DNA of 64,000 nt from Candidatus Krumholzibacteriota bacterium (GCA_963764625.1 CAVXTH010000005.1:1-64000), one strand, 5' to 3'. Shown: positions 10,154 to 21,618, numbered from the stretch's first letter. Translations and numbers: made by a program. The notes: generated from the letters alone by a model not told the origin.

Positions 10154-11137
10154 ATGGATAGGCCCATGCGCGTAGCGGTAACCGGCGCCGCCGGACAGAT
10201 CGGCTACAGCCTTCTCCCCCGGATCGCCGCCGGCGAAATCTTCGGTACGAAGCAGCCGGTGATCATTCAGTGTCTCGAAATTCCCCCGGTGATGAAAGCA
10301 CTCGAGGGCGTGGCCATGGAGTTGGACGACTGCGCGTTTCCACTCCTTGAAGGCATCGTGTTGGCCGACGACCCAAAAGTGGCCTTCAAGGACGCGGATC
10401 TGTGCCTGCTCGTGGGGTCCAAGCCGCGCGGGAAGGGCATGGAGCGCAAGGATCTCATCCGCGAGAACGGTCCCATTTTCACCTCACAGGGCACCGCCAT
10501 CCAGGCGGTGGCCTCCAGCCAGGTGCGGGTCGTGGTGGTGGGGAATCCCTGTAACACCAACTGTCTCATCACGATGGCCAACGCGCCCGAGGTGCCGCGC
10601 GAGAGCTTCACCTCGATGACGCAGCTCGACCACAACCGCGCCCAGAGCGCCATCGCCAAGAAGGCCGGGGTGCAGAGCCGCGAGGTCAAGAACGTCATCA
10701 TCTGGGGCAACCACTCCTCGACCCAATATCCCGACTGGCATCACGCCACCGCCGGGGCCAAGGCGGCCAAGGACCTGATCGACGACGCCTGGTTCAAGGA
10801 GACCTTCATTCCGATGGTGCAGAAGCGCGGAGCCGAGATCATCGCGGCGCGCGGGCACTCCTCGGCCGCGAGCGCCGCCAACGCCGCGCTCGAGCATGCC
10901 CGCAAGCTCTTCCGGGGAACGCCCGAGGATCGCTGGACCTCCATGGCGATTCCCTCCACCGGAGCCTACGGGATTCCCAAGGGACTCCTCTGCTCGGTGC
11001 CAGTCACCTGTGACGGCAACGGAGTGCCGCGGCTGGTGGAAGGCGTGGAGCTGAACGAGTTCAGCCAACAGCGTCTGATGGCCTCAGTGGCGGAGCTCCA
11101 GGAAGAACGTGAAACCGTAGCGGATCTATTGTCGTAA
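10154..11137 (+). CDS. mdh: Malate dehydrogenase (type 2)
   Basis: [56 protein letters not shown]. Confidence 0.95.
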   Translation: MDRPMRVAVTGAAGQIGYSLLPRIAAGEIFGTKQPVIIQCLEIPPVMKALEGVAMELDDCAFPLLEGIVLADDPKVAFKDADLCLLVGSKPRGKGMERKDLIRENGPIFTSQGTAIQAVASSQVRVVVVGNPCNTNCLITMANAPEVPRESFTSMTQLDHNRAQSAIAKKAGVQSREVKNVIIWGNHSSTQYPDWHHATAGAKAAKDLIDDAWFKETFIPMVQKRGAEIIAARGHSSAASAANAALEHARKLFRGTPEDRWTSMAIPSTGAYGIPKGLLCSVPVTCDGNGVPRLVEGVELNEFSQQRLMASVAELQEERETVADLLS

Positions 11138-11254
11138 GTTGACTCGCCGCTTGCTCGCAGGTGGGGGGCGCTCCGTGCGTCCCCTGCCTGATCACACCAG
11201 GTCTCGCGCCCCAGCAAACGGGGCCCCCGGTTCGGATTTCCTCGGAGGTTAGCC

Positions 11255-12838
11255 TTGATCGCCCCTGCCTCGACAGGCGAGAGCGCTCGAATCCCGGCGA
11301 GTGCGGCCGCTTTCGCACGATGGGCCCTGTTTCTGGCCCTTCTGTCAACCCTGCTATCGGCCTTGTTCGTGACCGCCTCCCGCGCAGGCGACGCAGACCC
11401 CACCGCGACCGTCTACGGCGGTTCGGACAGTCTGCTCGTCGTCATCCAGGGCCAGGTGGCGGCCCCCCTCTCGCTCCGCACCTGCATCGAGACCAGCCTG
11501 AGCGCCAACGACCAGCTGCGAGCCGAGCACGAACGTTTGAACGAACTCAAAGCCAAGAAGGTTCAGGCGCGCGCCGATGGGCTGCCAACTCTGAATCTGG
11601 TGGGCCGTTGGAATCGCGGACGCGATCCCAGCTTCGCCCTCGATTCCACTTTCGGCGGCGGCGGCAGCGGCGGCGGTTTCGGCCCGGTCAGCACCGGCAA
11701 CGCCACCTTCGACTCCCTCTTCACCGAGGCGATGGGACAGCTCTTCGCCGGGGACAACGGGTTCATTCCCGCGCCCGAGAACATTTCCCCCCAGACCTTC
11801 TGGCGGGCCAGCGCGGACCTCAGCTGGGAGCTGCGCCCCACGCAGGTGATCTACGCCCTGAAGGCGGCGAAGATCGCCATCGATCAGCAGGATCTCACCA
11901 TCGAGGACACCGAGAACCGCACGGTCGAAGAGACCATGCAGCGTTACTACGAGGTACTGGCCGCGCATGCACTGGTGCGCTCGCTGCAAACCGAACTCGA
12001 CGCGCGCCGGGAGTTCCTGGACATCTCGCGCCGGCGCTATTTTCTCGGGCTGACCACCGGTCTGGACACTCTACAGGCACGGGTTCGCATGGTGAATCTG
12101 GTGCCGCAGCTCCGCCGGGCGCAGCAGGACGTGGAGAACGCCGGTGGAGACCTGAACATCCAAATGGGGCGTGATCCGCACGAGCCTCTGCAACTGCTGC
12201 AGGATTTGCGGATCGAGAGCGAGACCGTCGATCCGGCGCGCGCAGTGGCCCTGGCCCATCAACGTCCCGATGTCTTGAAATCGGAGTTGGACGAAGAGTA
12301 CCTGCATCGCGAACGTGATACGCTCAAGAGCTCGATGCACCCCTATCTCTCGATGGACGCCTCCTACGGTTACGTGACCCGCGACTTGAGCGAGTTCACG
12401 AACCGGGGGCACGATTTCTGGAGCACTGGCGTCGCGCTGACCGTCCCCCTCTTCGACGGTTTTCTCACCAGGGGCCGGGTCCACGAACGCGATGCCGCGA
12501 TTCGTCGCACTCAACACGAGACGAGCGGCTTGATTCACGACGCGGAGCAAGAAGTGCTCTCCGCACTGGGAGAATTGAACATCGCGCGCGCGAATCTGAG
12601 CGCGGCGCGGCTCAATCGAGAGCAGGCCGAAGAGGCTCTGACGCAGATGAACCGTCGCTACGAACTGGGGAAAGCGGGCTATCTCGACGTCCTGAACGCG
12701 CAAGCGGCGCGCTTCACCGCCAGGAGCAATCTCATCCAGGCCTACCACGACGTGCTCTCCTGGACCGCGACCCTCAAGCGCGCGATGGGCATGCGTCCCA
12801 CCCGTCCGCTTTCGGCCGTCAAGGAGCTTCAGCCATGA
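11255..12838 (+). CDS. TolC-family outer-membrane factor (start uncertain)
   Basis: Signal-like N-terminus; LTVPLFDG and RYELGKAGYLDVLNAQ motifs; first gene of an OMF-MFP-RND operon. Confidence 0.88.
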   Translation: MIAPASTGESARIPASAAAFARWALFLALLSTLLSALFVTASRAGDADPTATVYGGSDSLLVVIQGQVAAPLSLRTCIETSLSANDQLRAEHERLNELKAKKVQARADGLPTLNLVGRWNRGRDPSFALDSTFGGGGSGGGFGPVSTGNATFDSLFTEAMGQLFAGDNGFIPAPENISPQTFWRASADLSWELRPTQVIYALKAAKIAIDQQDLTIEDTENRTVEETMQRYYEVLAAHALVRSLQTELDARREFLDISRRRYFLGLTTGLDTLQARVRMVNLVPQLRRAQQDVENAGGDLNIQMGRDPHEPLQLLQDLRIESETVDPARAVALAHQRPDVLKSELDEEYLHRERDTLKSSMHPYLSMDASYGYVTRDLSEFTNRGHDFWSTGVALTVPLFDGFLTRGRVHERDAAIRRTQHETSGLIHDAEQEVLSALGELNIARANLSAARLNREQAEEALTQMNRRYELGKAGYLDVLNAQAARFTARSNLIQAYHDVLSWTATLKRAMGMRPTRPLSAVKELQP

Positions 12839-13989
12839 ATCGCAAGCTGTATCTTAGCTCGCTTCTCTTCCTCCTCGCTCTCAACGGCTGCTCGAAGACC
12901 GGGACGGCGGGCGATGCGAGCACAGAAGAGCCACCCAAGAACGTGCGCGTGCTCACGATCGCGCGCGGCGATCTGCACGAGTACATCGACCTGACGGGCC
13001 CGTTGCGTCCGATGCGCGGCACCGACTTGAGCACCCAGGAATCCGGCATCGTGCATTCGATTCCCCACGACAAGGGCTCGCAAGTAAAGGAGGGCGACAC
13101 CATCGTCCTTCTGGACCGTGATCTTCTGGCGGCGCAACTCGAGTCCGCGAAAGCGGATTGCCAGCTCAAAGCCTACAACGAGGACCGAACCCGTTCGCTC
13201 TTCGAGGACAACTCGGTGAGCAAACAGGAAATGCTCTTGGCGCACACCCAACTGGCGCAAGCGGAAGCAGCGCAGGATATCGCGCGCATCCGCTACGAAC
13301 GATCCGCGATCAAGGCTCCGTACGATGCGGTGGTGAGCGACCGCTTCGTCGACCCGGGCGCTCTGGTCGTAGTGGGGCAGAGAGTGGCGCGCGTGGTCGA
13401 CCCCTTCACCCTCAAATTCGAGGGTGGAGTGACCGACCGTGAAGTCGCCTTTCTGAAAGTCGGGGCGAAGGCGGAGGTCTCGTTCGAGGGGGATGAAGAG
13501 ACCGCGAAGGGCAGAGTCGCGTGGATCGGCCTGGAAGCCTCCCCCGACGCAGGAAAGTTCAAGGTGGAGATCGAAATGGACAACCCCCGCTTGCGGTGGC
13601 GGCCGGGGGTGGTGGGCAGCGCGCGTGTCACCAAGCGCCTGTACCACGATGCCATCGTCATTCCGCGCGACGCGGTGATCAATCACCCCGGAGGACTGGT
13701 GGCCTTCCTCGTGAAGGACGGACATGCGGTGCAGCGTGAAGTCATCCTGGGAGCGAGCGAAGGGCAGATGGTCATCGTCGAAAATGGCCTCGATGAGGGC
13801 GACACCCTGGTGGTGCGCGGGCAACGCGATCTCAACGACGGCAGCAATGTGGCCATCCAGGAACGCTCCGATCGCCCCGACGGCAGCATGCCCGGCGATC
13901 CCGGCGTGCTGCGCGGGGATTCCATCGAGGGTCTAAGAGCCCAAGAACCTCAGGAGACCAAAGAGAGCCCGCTCGGAGCGAGCCGATGA
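12835..13989 (+). CDS. RND periplasmic adaptor (MFP), lipoprotein
   Basis: LALNGC lipobox; GSQVKEGDTIV and IKAPYDAVV lipoyl-like motifs; ATGA overlaps. Confidence 0.9.
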   Translation: MNRKLYLSSLLFLLALNGCSKTGTAGDASTEEPPKNVRVLTIARGDLHEYIDLTGPLRPMRGTDLSTQESGIVHSIPHDKGSQVKEGDTIVLLDRDLLAAQLESAKADCQLKAYNEDRTRSLFEDNSVSKQEMLLAHTQLAQAEAAQDIARIRYERSAIKAPYDAVVSDRFVDPGALVVVGQRVARVVDPFTLKFEGGVTDREVAFLKVGAKAEVSFEGDEETAKGRVAWIGLEASPDAGKFKVEIEMDNPRLRWRPGVVGSARVTKRLYHDAIVIPRDAVINHPGGLVAFLVKDGHAVQREVILGASEGQMVIVENGLDEGDTLVVRGQRDLNDGSNVAIQERSDRPDGSMPGDPGVLRGDSIEGLRAQEPQETKESPLGASR

Positions 13990-16900
13990 AGATCACCCGG
14001 CTGGCGATTCGCAAGGGCATGACCACCCTGGCCCTCATGGGAGTCGTCAGCATTCTCGGCGTGGTGTCCTACCTGAGCCTGCCGCGCGAAAGCACGCCCG
14101 ACGTCAAGATTCCCTACGTCCTGGTGAGCGCTCCCTACCGGGGCACCTCTCCCCAGGACATGGAGAATATCGTCACCCGTAAGCTGGAGAAACAGCTCAA
14201 GGGTTTGGACAAGCTGAAGGAAATGACGAGCTACTCCAACGAGGGCAATTCCACCGTCGTGTTGGAGTTCACGCCCGACGTGGAGATGTCCGACGCGCTG
14301 CAGAAAGTCCGCGACGCGGTGGAGATGGCGAAGCCCGACCTACCGCAGGACGTCAAGGACGACCTGGTGGTCCAGGAACTGTCGTCCGATCAGTGGCCCA
14401 TCATGCGGGTCGTCCTCTCGGCCGACTACGATCCGGTGGCGCTGAAGCAGGTGGCAGAGGATCTCCAGGAAAGACTCGAGCAAGTGAAAGGGGTGCTCAG
14501 CGTCGACCTCCTGGGTGGAGTCGAACGCGAGGTCAAGGTCGAGGTCGACCCGGACCGCCTTCGTTTCTACGGACTCGGTCTGAAGGACCTGAGGGACGCG
14601 ATCGCCGACGAGAACATCACCCTGCCGGGGGGCGAAATCTCTCTCGGCACCTACGAGTATCAGGTACGGGTTCCGGGCGATCTGGAAGACTACCGACTCA
14701 TCAACGGCATCGTGCTCAATCCGGCCGAAGCGAGTCCCGTGTACATCAAGGACGTGGCCAAGGTCTCCTTTGGGATCAAGGATCCCACCACCATCAGTCG
14801 CCTCAACGGCCACGATTCGGTGACCCTCTCGGTGAAGAAACGTAGCGGCGAGAACATCATACGCATTGCAAACGCGGTCCATCAGATCGTGCAGGACGCC
14901 ACGCCGGACTTTCCCAAGGGAACCAATGTCGCGATCGTCGCCGACCAATCCACCGACATAAAGCACATGGTGAACGAGCTGGAGAACAACATTCTCAGCG
15001 GGTTGATTCTGGTCATCGCGGTACTTTTGATCTTTCTCGGATTCACCAACTCCCTGTTCGTCGGTTTGGCGATTCCCTTCTCCATGCTCATCTCGTTCGT
15101 GGTTCTGCAGGCCTTCGGCATCACGCTCAACATGGTGGTGCTGTTCAGCCTGATCCTCGCTCTGGGGATGCTGGTGGACAACGCCATCGTCATCGTCGAA
15201 AACATCTACCGGCACCGGAACCAGGGCAAAGACGAGATCGAGGCTGCGGCTTTCGGCACCCACGAAGTCGGCGGCGCGGTGACCGCCTCGACCATCACCA
15301 CCCTGTGCGCGTTCGCTCCTCTGGCCTTCTGGCCCGGAATCATGGGCGAGTTCATGCGCTATCTGCCCATCACGGTGATCATCACGCTTTCGGCCTCTCT
15401 TCTGGTGGCTCTCATCTTCAACCCGGTTCTCTGCGCGCGCTTCATGCGCGTCGATCCCACTCATCGCAAGGATCGGCTCGGCGATCGCCTGCTCCGCTGG
15501 GGAATCTCGACCTACGAACCCACTCTGGTCTGGGCCCTCGATCACCGCGCCCTTTCGCTTCTGGGAACGACGGTTCTTTTCGTAGTGGTGCTGGCCGCGT
15601 TCGGGATGTTCAACGCCGGCACCGAGCTCTTCCCCGACACCGATCCCACCCTGGCCTACGTCGACGTGAACGCGCCCTCGGGAACCCGCATCGAGCTCAG
15701 CGACGAGTACGCACGTCAGATCGAAAAGGAGATCGTCAAGCTCCCCGACCTCAAGGCCTACATCACCGGGGTGGGCGTGGTCTCCTCGGGCTTCGGCGAT
15801 CCAAGCAATGCCCCGGCGAATCGTTCACGCCTGGACATGGAGTTCCTGCGCTCGGAGGACCGCCACGGGAGCTCGCGCGAGTATCTCGAACGGCTCCGCC
15901 GCGCCCTGAAGACCTTCACCGGCGCCAAGCTCACCATCGACAAGCAAGAGGAAGGTCCGCCGACCGGACCCCCGGTGGACGTGCAGATTCAGGGGGATGA
16001 TTTCGGCACCATGTCCGATCTCTCGAAACAGATCCAGGACCTCATCGCCGACATCCCCGGACTGGTCGACCTACACGACGACCTCGACCGTGGGCGGCCG
16101 GAAATTCGGATCGTCCCCGACCTGGACCGCGCGGCGCGCTATGGGCTGCGCACCGTCGACATCGCCTCCACCGTGCAGACGGCGATTAAGGGAGTCGAGG
16201 TCTCGAAATACCGCCACGGGGAGGACGAGTACGAGATCGTGGTCCGCTACAATCAGCCCTCCCGGAGCAACCTGGAAAAACTGGAAGATCTGACCGTGTT
16301 CTACGAAGGCCAAAGCATTCCGCTCACCGCCTTCGCTACCGTCTCCTACAGCAGCGGGGTCAGCGAGATCCAGCGCATCGCGTCCCAGAGAGTGGTCAAC
16401 GTCTTCGCCGAGGCTGCCACCGGCACCAACGCGATCGCACTTCTATCCGAGGTGCAACGTCGCGTGAGCACGATCGACCTGCCGGCCGGTTACCACATCG
16501 CCTACAAGGGGCAAAACGAGGACCAGGAAGAATCGACCGCGTTTTTGAGCAAGGCGTTCGTGATCGCCCTCATGCTCATATTCATCGTTCTCATCACCCA
16601 ATTCGATTCGGTGACGGTGCCTCTGGTCATCATGGCCAGCGTGATCTTCTCACTCATGGGCGTCTTTCTCGGCCTCATGTTCACGCGCACCTCGTTCGGG
16701 ATCATCATGACCGGAGTGGGAGTCATTTCGCTGGCGGGGATCGTGGTGAACAACGCCATCGTCTTGCTCGACTACGTCGAACAGCTACGCCATCGGGGCC
16801 TGGAGAAGCGCGCCGCCCTGCTCGAGGCCGGCAAGACGCGGTTCCGGCCCGTGATCCTCACCGCGGTGACCACGATTCTGGGGCTCATTCCATTGACCAC

Positions 16901-17144
16901 CGGCCTTTCGTTGGACTTCGACCAGTTGATCGAAGGGCATCTCCACCGCGCCATCGTGTTGGGGGGCGAGAGCAGTCAGTGGTGGGGTCCCATGGGGGTC
17001 GCGGTCATCTGGGGACTCTCGGTGGCGACCTTCCTCACCCTGGTGATCGTGCCGGTCATGTACTCGAGCCTCGATCCGGTGAAGCGAACTTCGAAGTTCC
17101 TGCTCTTCGGTTGGTGGAAAACTTCCCGACGCCGCGCGTCCTGA
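13986..17144 (+). CDS. RND efflux permease (AcrB/AcrD/AcrF family)
   Basis: 1052 aa; LGMLVDNAIVIVENI, GIVVNNAIVLLD, RFRPVILTAVTT. Confidence 0.95.
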   Translation: MKITRLAIRKGMTTLALMGVVSILGVVSYLSLPRESTPDVKIPYVLVSAPYRGTSPQDMENIVTRKLEKQLKGLDKLKEMTSYSNEGNSTVVLEFTPDVEMSDALQKVRDAVEMAKPDLPQDVKDDLVVQELSSDQWPIMRVVLSADYDPVALKQVAEDLQERLEQVKGVLSVDLLGGVEREVKVEVDPDRLRFYGLGLKDLRDAIADENITLPGGEISLGTYEYQVRVPGDLEDYRLINGIVLNPAEASPVYIKDVAKVSFGIKDPTTISRLNGHDSVTLSVKKRSGENIIRIANAVHQIVQDATPDFPKGTNVAIVADQSTDIKHMVNELENNILSGLILVIAVLLIFLGFTNSLFVGLAIPFSMLISFVVLQAFGITLNMVVLFSLILALGMLVDNAIVIVENIYRHRNQGKDEIEAAAFGTHEVGGAVTASTITTLCAFAPLAFWPGIMGEFMRYLPITVIITLSASLLVALIFNPVLCARFMRVDPTHRKDRLGDRLLRWGISTYEPTLVWALDHRALSLLGTTVLFVVVLAAFGMFNAGTELFPDTDPTLAYVDVNAPSGTRIELSDEYARQIEKEIVKLPDLKAYITGVGVVSSGFGDPSNAPANRSRLDMEFLRSEDRHGSSREYLERLRRALKTFTGAKLTIDKQEEGPPTGPPVDVQIQGDDFGTMSDLSKQIQDLIADIPGLVDLHDDLDRGRPEIRIVPDLDRAARYGLRTVDIASTVQTAIKGVEVSKYRHGEDEYEIVVRYNQPSRSNLEKLEDLTVFYEGQSIPLTAFATVSYSSGVSEIQRIASQRVVNVFAEAATGTNAIALLSEVQRRVSTIDLPAGYHIAYKGQNEDQEESTAFLSKAFVIALMLIFIVLITQFDSVTVPLVIMASVIFSLMGVFLGLMFTRTSFGIIMTGVGVISLAGIVVNNAIVLLDYVEQLRHRGLEKRAALLEAGKTRFRPVILTAVTTILGLIPLTTGLSLDFDQLIEGHLHRAIVLGGESSQWWGPMGVAVIWGLSVATFLTLVIVPVMYSSLDPVKRTSKFLLFGWWKTSRRRAS

Positions 17145-17273
17145 CCCAAAAAGCTCCGTCTTTCAGCCGTGCCCTTGCCGCCAGCGCTCGCGACCCTTAC
17201 CATGGCCGCGCGAAGGACGCGCAAAGCTCATGCGCGGATTCCCTCGCCTCGGTTTCCCCTGGTAGGAGTTCTC

Positions 17274-19415
17274 ATGAAGCAATCCGGCGTTGCGCGCGCA
17301 CTTCCGCTGGCGATCCTCTCCCTTTTCGGTCTTCTCTTTTTCTCGCTTCCCCAATCCGCCGCCGGCGCAGAAAACGAGACGCAGTCCAAACGCGCGTTCG
17401 AGATCGCCGATTATTACCGGAGCCAGAACGTGGGTGGGCCGACCCTGAGTCCCGACGGAACCACGGCCGTCTTCAGCGTGTCGAGGACCAAGCTGGAGGA
17501 GCACAAGAAGTGGTCCGACTTGTGGTCGCTCGACCTGAAGACCAAGCGCACCCACCAGCTCACGCATTTGAAGAAAACGGACGAGCACCCGCGTTTCTCA
17601 CCCGACGGAAAGCACCTGCTCTTCGTGAGCGATCGCGACGACGAAGATCAGCTGTTTCTGATGTCGATGGCCGGAGGCGAAGCCCTTCAGCTCACCCACT
17701 TTCCCGCCGGGCTTTCGGACCCCGAGTGGAGTCACGACGGACACTATCTGGTCGCCTCCACCGAAGTGTATCCCGAGTGCGGCGCCGACCCGGATTGCTA
17801 CCAGAAAATCGCGGACGCGATGAAGGACGGCCCCTTGCACGTCCACGTCGCCGACCATCTGCTCTACCGCCACTGGACCTCCTGGCGGGACGGCCGCTAC
17901 ACCCACCTCATGCTCATCGACGCCGAAAGTGGTGAAGTCCTGCGCGACCTCACTCCCGGCGACTACGACGCGCCCACCTTCATGCTGGGTGGAGGACGCG
18001 GTTTTGCCCTGGCCCCCGACAAGGACGAAATTTGTTTCGTGAGCAATCACGACGACGATCCTGCGTCCTCGACCAACGCGGATCTTTGGATCGAATCGCT
18101 GGACGGAGACGGACAGGCCACTAACATTACCGCCCAAAATCACGGGCACGATTCGCAGCCCCTCTATTCGCCCGACGGCCGCTACATCGCCTATCTCTCG
18201 CAGGAGACTCCGGGGTACGAATCCGACCTCTATCGGCTCGCGCTCTACGAGCGGAAGACCGGCAAGATTCGCTATCTCAGCGGGCACAAGAACTTCGACA
18301 ACTGGATCGATGACTTCCGCTGGAGCATGGACAGCAAGGCGATCTACTTCAAGGGCGAGGTTCCCGCCCGCAACGCCCTCTTCCGCATCGATCTGGCCTC
18401 GGGAAAGATCAAGGAGATTTACCGCCAGCATTCCGTCGGTGACTTCGAGTTGAACCCGGTCGACGATACGATCATTTTCAATCAGAAAGCCATGGATCAG
18501 CCGTTCGAGATGTACACAGTGGGCCAGAACGGAAAGGGAAACGAACGTCTGACCTTCTTCAATCGCCAGCTCGAGGAGGAAGTCGACTTACGGAAACCCG
18601 AGGAGCTCTGGGTGCAGGGCGCGGGCGACTACAAAGTGCAGGTTCTGCTCATCAAGCCGCACGGGTTCGATCCGAACAAGCGCTACCCCCTCATTCTGAA
18701 CGTACACGGTGGTCCGCAGGGCGAATGGACCGACAACTGGCGCGGCGATTGGCAGGTGTATCCGGGGAAAGGCTACGTCATCGCGATGCCCAACCCCACC
18801 GGCTCTACCGGCTACGGCCAGGAGTTCACCGACGCGATCGGCGGCGACTGGGGAGGGCGCCCCTATGAGGACGACATGAAAGTGGCGGATGCCCTGGGCG
18901 AGCTTCCCTACGTGGACAAGGACCGCATGGGACTCATGGGCTGGTCGTACGGCGGCTACATGGTCATGTGGATGGAAGGACACACCAACCGCTTCAAGGC
19001 GGCAGTCTCCATGATGGGGGTGTACGACCTGCACTCCATGTACGGTTCGACCGAGGAGCTGTGGTTCCCGGAGAAGGACCTGGAAGGCATGCCGTGGAAC
19101 AGCGACGACTACCAGCGCTGGTCGCCCTCCAACTTCGAAAAGAACTTCAAGACACCATGCCTGGTGATTACCGGGGAGAAAGACTTTCGGGTTCCTTATC
19201 CGCAGAGTCTTTCCTATTTTACAGCTCTACAGAGGCAAAACGTACCCAGTCGACTGGTCGTGTTCCCCAAGGCGGGTCACTGGCCGAGCTGGTACGAGAT
19301 GGCCTTCTACTACAACGAGCATCTCGCCTGGTTCGCCAAGTACCTGGGAGGCGGAGACGCGCCGTACGATCAGAAGGCCTTCTCACGCAACCTGCTCTTC
19401 GAGGACGAGAACTGA
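17274..19415 (+). CDS. Secreted S9-family (prolyl oligo/acylaminoacyl) peptidase
   Basis: Signal peptide, SPDG propeller repeats, VHGGPQ, GWSYGG, DFRVP, AGHW; AGGAG before ATG 17274. Confidence 0.93.
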   Translation: MKQSGVARALPLAILSLFGLLFFSLPQSAAGAENETQSKRAFEIADYYRSQNVGGPTLSPDGTTAVFSVSRTKLEEHKKWSDLWSLDLKTKRTHQLTHLKKTDEHPRFSPDGKHLLFVSDRDDEDQLFLMSMAGGEALQLTHFPAGLSDPEWSHDGHYLVASTEVYPECGADPDCYQKIADAMKDGPLHVHVADHLLYRHWTSWRDGRYTHLMLIDAESGEVLRDLTPGDYDAPTFMLGGGRGFALAPDKDEICFVSNHDDDPASSTNADLWIESLDGDGQATNITAQNHGHDSQPLYSPDGRYIAYLSQETPGYESDLYRLALYERKTGKIRYLSGHKNFDNWIDDFRWSMDSKAIYFKGEVPARNALFRIDLASGKIKEIYRQHSVGDFELNPVDDTIIFNQKAMDQPFEMYTVGQNGKGNERLTFFNRQLEEEVDLRKPEELWVQGAGDYKVQVLLIKPHGFDPNKRYPLILNVHGGPQGEWTDNWRGDWQVYPGKGYVIAMPNPTGSTGYGQEFTDAIGGDWGGRPYEDDMKVADALGELPYVDKDRMGLMGWSYGGYMVMWMEGHTNRFKAAVSMMGVYDLHSMYGSTEELWFPEKDLEGMPWNSDDYQRWSPSNFEKNFKTPCLVITGEKDFRVPYPQSLSYFTALQRQNVPSRLVVFPKAGHWPSWYEMAFYYNEHLAWFAKYLGGGDAPYDQKAFSRNLLFEDEN

Positions 19416-19454
19416 GCTTCCACCCTCGGGTGTGGGCAGGGAAGGAACGCCGAC

Positions 19455-20807
19455 ATGAAGAAGATTCTGGTCCTGGGAGCCGGGCAGAGCTCCCCGTATC
19501 TGATCCACACCCTGCTCGAGAATTCGAACCAAAACGACTGGTTCGTGACGGTCGGTGATCTCGACGTGAACCTGGCCCAGCAGCGAGTGGGCCGTCACGA
19601 GCGAGGCAAGGCGGTTCACTTCGACATGAGCGACGCGGACCTTCGCGATACGCTCATCCAGAATGCGGACGTCGTGGTCTGCATGATGCCTCCCATCTTT
19701 CAGACCCTGCTCGCGACCGACTGCGTTCGCCTGAAGCGTTCCATGATCTCCGCCTCATATCGCAGCGCGGAGATTCGTGACCTCGAGCGCGACGCAGAGC
19801 GGCACGGCGTTCTCATTCTGTGCGAGATGGGGCTCGATCCGGGCATCGATCACATGTCGGCGATGCACCTCATTCAGAATATCCAGGATGCGGGTGGCCG
19901 GATCACGGGGTTCTGTTCGTACGGGAGCGGCATTCCCGCTCCCGACCAGCCTCAGAATCCTCTGCGCTACGTCATCACCTGGAACCCGCGCAACGTGGTG
20001 ATGGCGGGTGAGGCCGGAGCCCAGTATTTGGAGGACGGCCGCATCAAACTCACGCCCTACCACAAGGTTTTCGATCGCACCTGGCCGGTCGAGGTCAACG
20101 GGTTGGGTACCCTGGAGGCCTACGCCAACCGCGACGCCCTCTCCTACATGAAGCTCTACGGACTCGAACACGTGACGACCATGGTCCGCGGAACCCTGCG
20201 GTATCCGGGCTGGAGTGAAACCTGGTCGGCCATCGTGCACTTGGGATTGCCCAACGAGACCCTGCGCATCCCCGATCTCGCCCGGCGGAGCCCGCGCGAA
20301 GTGGTCGAGATGTTCCTGCCTCTGAACCTGAGCGATAGTGAAGTGCAAACCGAAGAGCGCGTCGCGCGGTACCTGGGCATCTCCCTCACCGGAACCGTCA
20401 TCGAGAATCTGCGTTGGCTCGGACTCTTCGACGCGCGAGCCTGCAACTGCCCCGGCGACACCGCGGCCGACATGATGGTGAGCATGCTGCGCGAGAAACT
20501 CCCTCTGCGTCCCGACCAAAGAGACATGGTGGTGCTCAAGCACCAGGTCGACGTGGAGTATCCGGATGGCCGGTCCGACAAACGCGTGGTTTCGACTCTG
20601 ATTTCCAAGGGTGAGCCGGGCGGCTTCACCGCCATGTCCAAGGCGGTGGGTTTGCCGGCCGCGATCGGCGTAAAGCTGTATCTCACCGATCAAGTCCATC
20701 TCACCGGAACCCACATCCCGACCCATCCTTCCATTTACGAGCCCGCTCTGCGTGAACTCGCGGATGAGGGAATGAGCTTTCTCGAGGAAGAACAGAACCT
20801 GGACTGA
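19455..20807 (+). CDS. Saccharopine dehydrogenase family oxidoreductase
   Basis: ILVLGAG, EMGLDPGIDHMSAM, TWNPR, EAYANRD, RGTLRYPG, AMSKAVGLP. Confidence 0.92.
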   Translation: MKKILVLGAGQSSPYLIHTLLENSNQNDWFVTVGDLDVNLAQQRVGRHERGKAVHFDMSDADLRDTLIQNADVVVCMMPPIFQTLLATDCVRLKRSMISASYRSAEIRDLERDAERHGVLILCEMGLDPGIDHMSAMHLIQNIQDAGGRITGFCSYGSGIPAPDQPQNPLRYVITWNPRNVVMAGEAGAQYLEDGRIKLTPYHKVFDRTWPVEVNGLGTLEAYANRDALSYMKLYGLEHVTTMVRGTLRYPGWSETWSAIVHLGLPNETLRIPDLARRSPREVVEMFLPLNLSDSEVQTEERVARYLGISLTGTVIENLRWLGLFDARACNCPGDTAADMMVSMLREKLPLRPDQRDMVVLKHQVDVEYPDGRSDKRVVSTLISKGEPGGFTAMSKAVGLPAAIGVKLYLTDQVHLTGTHIPTHPSIYEPALRELADEGMSFLEEEQNLD

Positions 20808-20817
20808 AAGAAGTCGC

Positions 20818-21477
20818 GTGGAGTCCACTCCCTCTTTTTCGATGGGGCAGCAAAAACTGCGGCTGCCGGGTCCCGCCGGTGCGCTGGAAGCCCTCTTGAG
20901 TCCGATGCCGGATGCGGTCGCGCCGCGCAGGGCGGTGCTGATCTGCCACCCGCATCCGCTCTTCGGGGGTACGATGCACAACAAAGTCCTGTACCGGATC
21001 GCCCGGCGACTCCCGGCGGAAGCGGGCGCGGTGGCGCTGCGTTTCAATTTCCGCGGCGTGGGTGCGAGCGAAGGAAGCTACGACGAGGGTCGGGGCGAGG
21101 TGCAGGACGCGCGGGCGGGATTGGACTGGCTGGCCGAGCACTATCCACGAGCCGGGCTCGCCCTGGTCGGATACTCCTTTGGCGCCGTCACCGGCTTGCT
21201 CGCCGCGGCCAGCGATTCCCGCGTGGGCGCCCTGGTGGGACTCGGACTCCCGCTGTCCCTTCCGCCGGACCTCTCCCCTTTCCGCGAGATTCGGGTGCCT
21301 CTCCTTCTGGTACAGGGCGAAAAGGACGAATTCGCCGACGAGCCGGCGGTGCGTCGCTTCGCGGAGGGTCTTCCCCGGCCCCCTCTCCTTTCGTTCGTGG
21401 CGGGAGCGGGACATCTCTTTCAGGGCGTGGAGGATCGCGCAGTCGACGCCGTCGTTGGCTTCCTCGGCCAGAACTAA
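20818..21477 (+). CDS. Alpha/beta hydrolase (start 20818 or 20842)
   Basis: CHPHPLFGGTMHNKV, RFNFRGVG, GYSFG, GAGHLF. Confidence 0.9.
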   Translation: MESTPSFSMGQQKLRLPGPAGALEALLSPMPDAVAPRRAVLICHPHPLFGGTMHNKVLYRIARRLPAEAGAVALRFNFRGVGASEGSYDEGRGEVQDARAGLDWLAEHYPRAGLALVGYSFGAVTGLLAAASDSRVGALVGLGLPLSLPPDLSPFREIRVPLLLVQGEKDEFADEPAVRRFAEGLPRPPLLSFVAGAGHLFQGVEDRAVDAVVGFLGQN

Positions 21478-21488
21478 CAGCGCGAGTC

Positions 21489-21519
21489 TTGCCAATACCC
21501 CGCAGGATCCTGTTATACT
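21489..21519 (+). promoter_or_regulatory. Extended -10 promoter for the S1-domain gene
   Basis: TGT-TATACT at 21511-21519; TTGCCA at 21489-21494 (19-nt spacer). Confidence 0.5.
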
Positions 21520-21618
21520 CTCCCTTCCCCGTGACCGCCCCCGCAAGTGCGTGACCGAGGGAAGAACACCGTCCGGCCTCCCACACCCGAATCCCCTGGA
21601 TTCGAGAAAGCAGATTGT